From Vicugna vicugna (lineage: Eukaryota), in contig MU057560.1 of NCBI GenBank assembly GCA_013265495.1, forward strand, positions 2,480,909 through 2,544,908: a stretch of 64,000 nucleotides of DNA, in the 5' to 3' direction. Shown in pieces: positions 11,515-22,185 of this stretch. Position 1 is the first letter of the stretch, and each line of letters starts with the position of its first letter. The translations under genes and the position numbers were made by a program. A model generated the notes under the pieces. The model saw nothing but the letters and a program-made list of their open reading frames with translations. It had not been told where the DNA came from and did no database searches.

Positions 11515-12844
11515 GTGAGCAGCCCACCCAGGCAGGTGGGCACCGGTCAGCTTGAACCCCCGCGGGGTCTCCCACCTGTGCCCCCTCCTCCGTGCGTGTC
11601 CGCCACGTTCACGGTGCCGGGAGGACGCCCCTGGCTTGCTGTCTCTGAGCAGGATTACAGGCTGAGTGGAACAGCACAATGCAAGTATAACGTACACTTA
11701 ATCCACTTGTAAAGTTGGATCGGATTGCTTCGCTGTGAACAGGAGATGAGTGCTGTCTGTGTGGCCGGGAGCAGACACTCAGCCGGTTTGGTGTTTGATT
11801 TGACCTTCAGTCATCTTGCTGGTCTGTGCCCTCGAAGGCACAGCACCACTTACGATATTTGTAAACACAGAGACGTTTCCGAGTGTGCAGCCCTGACGCA
11901 GGGGCCGGTTTCTAGAAACCGTCCGATGTTTCTCAGTTCTCGTAAGAGGCGCTTCCCCTGCGCCCAGATGCAGAGGTCCTGGATGGAAATCTTAAGGAGA
12001 AAACTCAGGAAACATGATAAAGACACATGTAAATTAGCTGTCAATCAGACATTAAGATGGATTTTTAAGAAGAATTTATCTACTTTAAAGGAGAGTAAAG
12101 ATGATCCTTCTGCTAAGTGATTTGAGAGTGTAATTGGCTGATGAGGGTGTAGGAAAACAGCAATAAAGGGGAAATACATTTAATTTGAGCTTGTCACTTC
12201 CAGCTTTATAAATTGGCTTATTCCAAATGAATACTCACAGTTTCAAAATTAAATTACCCTGTTTTTTCACTTATTTATTTATTTTTCTTCTCCAACCTGC
12301 GTGTGTGACCCTTAAGCAGCCGGTGAGCAGTAGAACGCGGGCGCCTCCTGCGGGGTGGGGTGCCTTAGGGTCTGCACGGTGGAGCGTCGCAGTGACTGAA
12401 ATCACATCACATTGTCACCAACACGCCTGGTGAAGCGTTTGTGCCCAGTGTGCCTTCCTCAGGTAAACACGTGTCTGGGTGAACGGGGAATGCAGCTTGT
12501 TTCCGTTGTGACCTTTTAAACCACGCATCTAAGCTTCCCTCCGCACCCCCCCCCGCCCCTGGGAAAACCTTAACAAGCGTCTCGTCGTCACAAAGGCCAA
12601 TTAGCTGTCCTCCGTCACCTGTGCCCCCAAGCGCACCTGGGACCCACGGTGACCTGTTCTTGCCCATCTGCTCAGCCTGGTCTCCGGCAGAGCCACCCAG
12701 GCGGGCACCCGCAGGTGAAGACGCCAGTTCCCAACGTGGTCCCCGGTAAGAAACGGGCTGGGGCTGGCCGCTGCCTCAGCAGGTCTGTGGAGGGGGAAGG
12801 GAGAGGGGAGGTGTTTCTCCAGGGAGGCCAGGCTGGTGTGACGC

Positions 12845-13015
12845 TCTGGTTCTCAAAGTGTGGCTTTTAGACCAAGGGCAGCAGCACCACCTGGAGACTC
12901 TTTAGAAATGCAGGGTCCGGGCCCCGCCCCAGACCTGCTGCGGAGACGAGACGCTCCAGGAGTGGTGGGGGGACCCATCGCATCAGGTGACGGCGATGCC
13001 CTTCACACTTGGGCA
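12845..13015 (+). mobile_element. MER5A-like hAT-Charlie MITE
   Basis: tggttctcaaagtgtgg...cagcagcaccacctggagactctttagaaatgcag...ggccccgccccagacctgctg. Confidence 0.75.
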
Positions 13016-16000
13016 TCTCGGGCCCCGTGCACAGGCGCGCTTGCGGACTAACGCAGTCTTGGGCCTGAGAGTCAGCCCTGCCCCCGGGCGCCTGTGTGGC
13101 CTGAAGCAAGTTACCTGCTTCCCTCTGAGGTTCTTACACGTGAATGGAGACCAGTGAACCGCCCTGGCAGGCTGCTCTTACATACATTGAATGTTATGCT
13201 AAATTCACGTCACGGGGCTGGTGCCTCGGGCATGAAGTAGGGTCTTAAAATGGAAGTCTTCCTGCCTCTTGTCAACGGAAGTGCCCGACCCCAGGGCAAG
13301 GGTGACAGGGGCCCAGGAGGGGTGTAATGAAGGAAATCTTTCAGAGCAACCCCTCCTCTCCGAGCGCCCTCACTAACTCTAAGTGTAAACTGGTCGGCGG
13401 GGGCGGGGCACGGGGGCAGGTGTAACGCTGCAGCGTCGTGCTGTCCTGATCCCAGCCGGGGGGACGTCAGAGGGAACTCGGGCCGTGTCCCCTGAGGTTG
13501 AGACGCTCCCGGTGCCCGTCTCAGGCCTGGGATCCCAGCCGCCTTCTGCTTCTGTGTGGAGTCGGGCTTACCCACGCCCTGAGTTTCCTGCAGGAAGAAC
13601 TGACTTTGGTACACGGTGCAGAGGGGTGGAGAGGCCGAGACGGGGTGGCCCATGAAGGTCTCCGGAAGATCTGCCTGGAGGACAGAGGTGCTCTGGCACC
13701 AAGAAGCTGGAGGTGGGCACCAGCTTCCTGGGGACAGTGGGGGGTGGGCAGCGTCAGCCTCCCAGAATAGATTCACCCACCAGTAGAAGGAACAGCAGGG
13801 CAGACGTCCCAGCAAGACTCATCCCCAAAAATGTGCTCAGAAGTGTCCGCAGGAATCTGTCAAACACAGAGTGGGAAGCCAGTCTAGCACAGTACAAGTT
13901 CAGTAAAACTGGTTTCTGTTCCTCATCACCCCGGCTTCCCCTGCTCCGGGGTCGGAGGGGTCCCAAGGCGGCTATAAGCTGGTGGAGGGGGAGGGAGACA
14001 CCCAGACAGAGAAGCCCCTCCCCCTGCAGATGGCGAGGTGGGGACGTGGCGAGGGACAGTGTGACATTAAATCAGATTTGCTGTCTCCCTCAGTATTTAG
14101 TCTGGACACTCTTACTTCTGAACTGAGCCACTTCGTGACTTAAGTGACCGTCTCATCGCCATCTGAATGTGAGCACAGAGCCCCGTGCTGCCGGAGTTTT
14201 CCTCCAGGACAAGCGCAGGTGCTCACTGGGAAGCCCGCAAAGGGGCGGCGAGAGAGCTCAGACGGAAATTCGAGGGACGCGTGTTACAGGCACACAGGCT
14301 CAGACACCGTGTGCCGAGTGGCGGAGTCTCAGGAAGTGGAAGCTATTTCTTTTATTAGGGAAAATAACGTTTTGACTCCTATGAGAATCAGTAAGATTTC
14401 ACTAAGTCCGATTTCATGGGTCTGAGAACAAAGACAGCCCTATCCGCAAGCGCGACTTCAATGAACCGGCACAGCGGCCGGGCAGAGAGCGCCTTTCCAC
14501 GGAGCCACAGCGTCAGGGACCCTCGATGACGTAGTCGTGAGATTAGAGGCCGTCACGTCTCGGAGAGATCTGCCGTGCAGACGCACCTGGAGTCCTGACG
14601 GCCGTGCTCAGAGGCCAGCAGAGTTGTTTGGGTCTTACAGGTGCCGTGACCGGGCGCACGGGGACGAGCACAGACTCGGGGTCACGGCGCTGACCGCCGA
14701 TGGGGGGTATGGCCGCGTCTCGGCTCAGCGCGATTCAGCCTCGAGTTTTCCGTTACACACGGCCGATCGTTGTCTAGGGCTGGGTCAGCACTTAATCCCA
14801 AACTGAGCCGCTCAGAACAACACACGTGTGCTGTCACCTGACAGTTTCTGACGGTCAGGCATCTGGGAGCGGGCTCGGGGCTTCTGGTTGCAGACGGGGC
14901 ACCGGCTGTGGCCAGGCGGGCAGCAGGCATCACCCCGGACAGCCGGGGCTCAGCAGCCTCCTCTCAGCCCGTTCCCGCGGCCTCACTGCCGCCTGCAGGG
15001 TCCTCAGCGCCTGTGTCTCCCCAGAGCTGCTTGAGTGCCTCACACGGCGGCGGGCGTTGCCCGAGCACGTGATGGGGGGGCACCGAGGTGGGAGGAGGAG
15101 TCTTTCGTGACGTACTCTCCGCAGTGACAGCCAGACCGTGGCTGCGTGCTGTCCGTCAGACCAACCCCCGCACAGAGTGCGAGGGGGCGACGCAGGGCGT
15201 GACCCCAGGAGGTGGGGCCACCTTGGAGTTTGTTAAAAACTCCTCGTGTTTTAAGAAAATTTTCCGAAAATAGATAACGTCCGTGTCTGTGCTGTCTGCA
15301 GCTTGGCTATTCTCAGACTGATGCGATCTGATCGTCCTGAACAAAGAAATAAAGAACAATTGCGAAACGATCATGTTAGCTTGGTGGTGCTGCTGCCTGT
15401 AACAGCCACACGCCAACTTGACGGCACAGGCTTCACTAAACAGGAAGCCGCTCGCGGTGACGTGACGTGTGCCTTGTTTCCCAATGCGCTTCTCGGGTGT
15501 TGGTGTTTTTGACACCGTGGTACGTTAAGTGCGTAACGTATGCACTTCTTGAAATTTTAAAGGGGTGATGGGGAAACCTGTGTGGAGGGACTTGCGGGCG
15601 CCTGTGCTCAGCTGCTGCGGGCGCTCGGGCTGGACGCTGCTCCTGTCTGGAAAAAGGCGTCTTGGTCATTTCAAAGCCGGGTGCAGAGTGTCCAGCCGCC
15701 TGCGGTCGCTGAAGCTTGTAGGGAACAACTCTGCGCACAGGGTCACGCGGGGACGTGTGCTCCGGAGCCTGGGTGGGGCCGAGTGGGAACGTCAGTGGGA
15801 CTGGGAGGTTGGGGGTCCACACCGGCGGGGCAGCGTCCAGCCTCTGTCTGAGGGACACACGGGAACAGGTCTGGATCCAGAGTGGGGTGGCCAGGGCAGG
15901 GCACTCGTCTACGGCTCGAAGGTGAGGAAGGATGCTTGCCCGGCTGTTCTGGCGTTTTCCTGTTAGCCTGTGGCCTCCTGAAGGAGGGGTGAGGGCTGAT

Positions 16001-17118
16001 AAGCCGGCCACCTTACAGGTGTCGGACTGGGTGAAAAGTCCACGGCTTTTGTCCCTGCTGCAGTTGTGTCTCTGGTGTGGCCTTCCAGCCTCCAGCCCAC
16101 GGGGTGCTCGGGAACATAAACCGTGGCCTGGCCGCATTCCTGCCACCAGTGAACAAAGCCCTCAGTCTGACTCCACTGAGAGCCCGAAATACCGCTGGGG
16201 TGACGCTTCATTCGCTGCTGGTCCACATCCAAACTGGCCACAAAAATGGGGAAGTACGTATTCAGGATTAACAAGCTCCCTGTAAGTCATCTCAGGGCTC
16301 AGTTATTACAACAACAAAACGCACGTGTCTCTGTTAGGGGTGAGAAGCTGTGGCAAGTTAGGAAGTCAAACCAGACTGGGTCTCAGAGCCGCGGGGCCAA
16401 AGGCTTCTGTCTGGACTCAGAAGTCCTGGCCTGACTCTCAGCCCTGTGCCTTTGTGGGTTTTAGGGCTGAGGCCCTCCCTGTGTGCCGGCGAACTTCAGG
16501 TTTCTCAGGTACGAAGTGGGGGCAGGGGGATCAGCCATGCCAGCTTCAGCGATTCCCAGCCGCCCTGTGCGGTGAGCAGGAGGGAGCCCGAACGCCCCAG
16601 GCCGCACCCCCTTCCAGTCCGGGGCCTGCAGATCCCACCCGGGCCCAGTGCGGCCCAGTGCAGCCCAGTTTGGGAACCGGGGGTTGCTGCGAGGACTCGG
16701 GGCATGCTGGGGGCCGGTGCGGGGTCCTGGTGATCCTGCCACGACGGCCCCCCGTCCCCGGCCGGACGTGTTCCTGCCGTGGGCGCCTCCTCCTACTTTT
16801 AAGTTCTTCAGTGGAGTTAACATGAGCTTTGAAAGGTAGGACGTTTCCCCAGATATCTTGCTATAGTCACGTCTAATATGATACCCACATGAGTTTGTTG
16901 TGAATAATTGTGAGTGAAATGTAATTTGAATCAAACGTGCTAGGCAGTAATGCTCTCAGTGACCCTCAGATAGCTGAGGCTTCTCTAAAAATTTGAAAAA
17001 ATCAGAGGAATGTGGGCCTTGGTCAGTCAGATGCTAAAGCTGCCACAAGGTCACACGAATTCAAGACAGCGATGCTCAACTCTGCAGACTGACTGCACTG
17101 CAGTGAAAAAGAGTCTAA

Positions 17119-17265
17119 GGGGGAGGGTAGGGCTCAGCAGTAGAGCGCGTGCTTAGCCTGCACGAGGTCCTGGGTTCAGTCCCCAGTACCGCCATTAAAA
17201 AAATTTAACTAAATAAACCTAATTACCTCCACCCCCCCAAAAACCCTAAACTAATAGAAAAAAAC
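17119..17265 (+). mobile_element. tRNA-derived SINE, camelid vic-1-like
   Basis: ggggagggtagggctcagcagtagagcgcgtgcttagcctgcacgaggtcctgggttcagtccccagtacc followed by aaataaacctaattacctcc and an A-rich tail. Confidence 0.9.
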
Positions 17266-17849
17266 CCTATTGAAGAAAGGTGAGAAAAACAAAGCAGTGT
17301 GATGCTGATGTGGGCTCCCTCGCTGCCCGCCCAGGGTGGGCGGGGTCCCTCCCCTGCCCTCCCACCTCCTGCGGTGTGTGTTGCCAGAGTCAAACTTTCT
17401 ATCCCAGGTGGTACTTATGTCCCTGAGCATCATTCATTGGCGCGTGTGACACTCCCACAGGTCCTTGTCCAACGCATGTACACATCTCTGTGCAAGGAGC
17501 GGGGCTCGGCAGGGGGTTGAGATGAGAGCAGCGTTCTGGGAAAGACTGAGAGACGGAAGAGAGAGGAGGAAGGAGGCAGGCTCTCCTGAGTGTCCTCGTC
17601 AGGACCTGCCCGTCCAGCCCATCCCCTCCTCCGTCCCCTCCTCGGGCTCAGCCCTGGGCCGAGCTCCCCCACCCCGGGAACGGGACCTCCGTTGGCCCCT
17701 CCTTGTCTGTCTGTCTTCAGTATGGAAATGTTTCAGTGCTGGTTTGTTTATTCAACAAATACTCACGGTGCACTTTCTACGCACACGCATTCGTGGCACG
17801 TCATTGAGAATCCACTCTGCACAGGGGCCTTGAGAACATCATGTGATGA

Positions 17850-18690
17850 AAACATACGATGGAATGATACAGCGCGTGGCCCTATGAGACTGGCTTGTTC
17901 ACCCACGGCTCCTCCCGCAGGAAGGGCAGCGTCCTCCCCGTGGGCCCCGAGTGTCCACACACCTGTGGAAGGACAGGTGCTTTCTTTCCCAGGTTTTGGT
18001 GGTAATGACCACAGCTGCTGTAAATCTTCACCCACGGATTTTTGTGTGAACGTGTTGATTTCTCTTGCTTGCGTTCTCAGGAGCAGGAGCAGGGATCCCA
18101 GGGCAAGGTCACACTGAACATTACAAGCGACTGTGGGCCGTTGCCGCTGGGGCCCCTGTGTGTCCCCACCAGCGACATCGGACTCCTCTGTGTCCTCGCC
18201 GGCACGTGCTGTGACGGCCATTTCCCATTTTCGCCTTTCTGAGGGGTGTGCGGTGGGACCTGTCGCGGCTTTAATCTGCGTTTCCCTAACAGCTGAGGGT
18301 GTGCGTCTCTGTTGCCACGCCTGTTTGCCGTCTGTACGTCCTCCTAGGAGGACGTCTGTCCGGGTCTCTTGCTCATCATCTGGCGGGTCTGCTCCTTTCC
18401 TTATGCTCAGTTCTGAGGTTCCTCGAATGTTCTGGATACAGTCCTCTGTGGAGCTGGAGACCTGCACACTTTCTTCAAGTCTTTCATCTGCCCAGCAGGG
18501 TCTTTTGCACAGAAAAGTATTTCTAATTTTCCTAAAGTCCAGATGATCCAGGTTTCCTCTTGGGACTCGTGCTTGGGATGCTATGTAAGGAGCTAATCCT
18601 GGGTTTCCTTCTAAAAGTTGTGTAGTTTTATAGTTAAACCTGTGATGTATTTTCAGGTATTTTTTGTGTAAGGGTGTGCAGATTTCCATT
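17850..18690 (-). mobile_element. Ancient LINE-1 (L1MB/MC-like) ORF2 C-terminal region, strongly GC-shifted
   Basis: Minus-strand translation keeps ORF2-like relics KTTQLLEGNPG, LDHLDFRKIRN, RETQIKAAT and TCPSTGVW; 3'UTR relic atggaatgatacagcgcgtggccctatgagactggctt. Confidence 0.8.
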
Positions 18691-20994
18691 CCAGAAATGA
18701 AATGCACAGAAGGATGGGGGTGCTGAGGAGGGGAAGTGGTAGTGCGGGTGACAGAGGTGAGGGCTGGGGAAGGTGAGGGACGTGGAACCCCAGGATGCCC
18801 GGCAGTGGGGTGACCCCGATCAAAACTACACGCCTGTGTGCCTGCGTGTACAAGCATGCACACATGTGTAACACACGTGCATTAGTGTGTGCATTCACTG
18901 CACAAGCGTGCGTTTGTGTGCCTGTGGACTTGTGTGTGTGCATGTGTGTGTTTAGTTCATGTCTTTACAGCCACATGGAGAAATGCTTTCAATCCCAACT
19001 CCTGAGATTTCCCTTAAAGGGAAACATTTTAGTGTTTGGAAAATTAACTTGAAAAACAAACTTGCTTTAAAAGACAGACTACTCACGGGTATGCACGTGT
19101 GTACACACCGCAGACTAGGGACTAGCGGTCTCAAATATGGTTATTTCCTCATTCCCATTAAGCCAGGTCACCCGGCAGCGCATTTCGGGAGAGGAGAAAG
19201 GCATGCGCCCAGGTTGGCCCACGTCGGGCATGGCGCTATTTGCATGTAGCGGTGCTTCTGGTTTCTGCCTTGGGTGTTTTAAAAAAATAGCACCTCTGGG
19301 TTTGGGACATTAGGCTGTGACTCTTGTGCTGGAGAAGAACGTGAAGTAGCTTCCGCCGATCTCAGCAAGACCCCTCAGGACCCGCGACGCAGCGGCCGTT
19401 CCCAGGGAGGAGGAAATGAAAGCTGCAACGGCGAAGGCAGAGACGCAGGCGCGCCTGGGAAGTGGCCTTCTGGACGCGACGTGCTGGCTGCTCCCTCGCA
19501 GAGGGCCTCCAGGGTTTGCGGACACTGATGTGACGCCTCCGGCGCAGGTTTGCGCTGCCACCTGTCAACAGCGCTGTTTCAGTGTCCGGAACGCGGTTAA
19601 CACGCCGCCGGGATGTGGCTTCTGTCAAAACAGAACTTTCGGCGGTGCTCGTCTTAAAAGAGCTCCATTAAAATTTTTTTCCCCGAACCTCTAATTAGAG
19701 TTAATAAAGGTCGTGATTCCAGGCTAGGGATGCTTCACGGACTTTTTCTGAGTATGTTCGGCCCAACTGTGTGTGTGTGTTTTCCCATGTTCTTCTGCCT
19801 TTTCCAGCTTAGGGCAAAAGGCAAGATGGGCCGGGAAGCAAGTGAACCATGCGGCTTCTGCGGCCCTCAGCCCCAGAGCCTTTCTCCCCAGCGCGCCCTG
19901 AAGCCAGAGACGAGGCGAGGCCCAGCCCCATCACGTCTGCCTTTTTGGTGGTGGGGGCGGGGCTCCAGGGGACACCACTCCTGGGTGTCTTAGGGATCTG
20001 TCTTGGGAATTCAGCACTGATTGATCTACTGTTTCATTTCACTCCGGCTGGGAGTGGGTCTGCACGAATTTGTTAATGCAAGTATTTGTATTAACTGTGG
20101 GGCCAGAGAATGTGGGGAGAGGTCGGGCACGCCTGCGTGAGTGTGTGTGCACATGTGTGTGCCTGTGTGGAATCTCAGCCAAGGTTGGTACTTTGCCCTC
20201 TTTGGCCTCAGGAGGAAAAAACTCAATTTTTCAGAAAAATTTCTCAAATACAGTTGCCACTTCTTTTTACTTAAGAATTTGTTTTTCAGTGTGTTCTTGG
20301 AAGCCTTTAGATTAAGAAGGTTCTTCCCGATGAATTCTAAACCTTTCTTGCTGAGACAAAGCGCAAGTCCTTTGCTTTGTTCCCCTCCCCTCCCCCACCC
20401 GCCGGTTCTCTTCATCCGCAGTGTATCTGATGCGTGTTTTCTGTCGGGTAGCTCACAGCTGCCTGCAGGGGTATAAACACAGCTTTCGATGATCACTGTC
20501 ATCTCCAGATCTTTATTTTGTTCATCCGTTTATTTACCGCGAAATGACTGAGTCCCACGTTGTTTGCAGCTCGGTCCTGGGTGGCAGGGACGCAGAGGTG
20601 GAAGCCCCACGTGAAGCGCCGTGGGGTCCAGACCTGCTGCGAGGGCAGGCAGACGAACACCCCGCCCCAGGGGGGCGGGTGCTCGCTCGCCCTGGCCTGT
20701 TGTGCACGTGCCTAGGGGCCCCCGACCCGGGGCTGTGGGTTTGGGAGAGGCAGGAAATCTCGGCACCCGAGCAGGCGCTCTCATCACCTCATCAGTTCTG
20801 TCCCCGCCCGTCAGACCCGCGCTCGCCTCTGCTCTTTACTGAGGACTGAACAGGCGGCTGGTCCGGCACAAGCCCCCGACCCAGCCGTTCTCCTGTTCTT
20901 CCGGAGTGGTGTGCACGAAGGCTGTCGCGAGGGCAGAGAAGGCGTCCCCGGGAGAAGGAGTCAGACACCTGCGCGGCGTAGAGCACTTCCATGT

Positions 20995-21155
20995 CCCCGG
21001 AGCTGCGTCTCAGCGCTTCTGCCCCTCAAATTCGTGTGTTGGAAACCTAACCCCCGTGTGATGGTAGTAAGAGGTGGGGTCCCTGGGAGGTGATGAAGTC
21101 ATGCGGGTGGAGCCCTAAGGTGAGGTTAGTGCCCTTAGGAAGGGCCCCAGAGGAG
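20995..21155 (+). mobile_element. MaLR (MLT1A/MST-like) LTR 5' half
   Basis: cccctcaaattcgtgtgttggaaacctaacccccgtgtgatggtagtaagaggtgggg...gggtggagccct...ttagtgccctta. Confidence 0.75.
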
Positions 21156-21159
21156 GTGG

Positions 21160-22185
21160 CCAAGGGGACAGAGTAGGAAGCCCCGGGCTCAGCTCCTCCC
21201 GCAGGCACATCCACATCACAGCTACTTAGAGACCAGCGATTAATGAGAAGGATGGAAAACAAGCAGGAAAAATCTCCTGCAACTAAAGATAAAGAAGGAA
21301 ACACGAGCCAACCGGGAGGGGTGGAGACACGGTGCAGTTGGGACCCACACCCCAGGGTGAGCGACCCGCACCCCCAGGGTGAGCGACCCGCAAACGGAGG
21401 CTGATCACAGCCGCACGGCTCCCCCCCAGGAGTGAGGGGTCTGGCCCCGCGCGGGCTTCCCGGCCTGGGCGTCCTGTGCGGGGAGGATGGGCCCCAGGAG
21501 ATTTAGCTTTGAAGGCTGGCAGGGCTTGCTTTCAGGAGCCCCAGAGGGCTGGGGGGAGAAGCAGAGACTCCATTCTTAAAGGGCCGCACGAAGTCTCACC
21601 TGCCCCGGGACCCAGGGCAGAAGCCGTCATCTGGAGGGAGCCTGGGACAGGCCCTCCTGTTGATCTTGGAGAGTCCCCAGGGAAGTCAGAGGCAGCTGGA
21701 CCTCACCCCGGGGACATGGATGCTGGCGGGAGCCTTTTCTGGGAGCTCCTCCTACTGTGTGGACACAGGTGCTGACAAGCACCATTCTGGAACCCTCCCG
21801 CCAGCTTCCTGGCCTCAGACCCAGCCCTGCCCCTGCCCAGAACCTGTGGGCACCAGTCCTTGGATGCCTCAGGCCAAGGAAATAGCCTAGTGGGGACACA
21901 GCCCCACTGATGGGCAGGCCTGCTCCCTCAGGATGCCCCTGAACACACTGCTGCCCCCGAGCCCTGCCCTGACCACCAGACGGTCCCAGAGCCGGGCCCA
22001 CACGGCTCTGTGCTGCTGGCACTAGCTCTGGTACCCCTAGTGCCCTGCAGCCAGAGGCCCTGGGACCCAGCTCCACACATCAGTGGACCCGCCCTCGCCC
22101 AGGAACCAGCCGCACCCTCCAGTGGGCAGGCACCAGCCCCAGGACTCCCCGGGCCCCAGGCCAGCCCCCCAGTGGGTCGACAGGC
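21160..22185 (+). mobile_element. Isolated 5'UTR (internal promoter) of a laurasiatherian-type LINE-1
   Basis: Collinear with the remembered L1 5' consensus: gagtaggaagcccc...caactaaagataaagaaggaa...gacccacacccc...ggagtgaggggtctg...gctttgaaggc...cagagactccattcttaaaggg...ggacccagggcagaagc...tgatcttggagag. No ORF1 follows. Confidence 0.8.

Noticed and set aside
17119..17192. tRNA gene
   Set aside because: A- and B-boxes are present but followed by a SINE-type body and A-rich tail; it is a tRNA-derived SINE (likewise 9033-9122).
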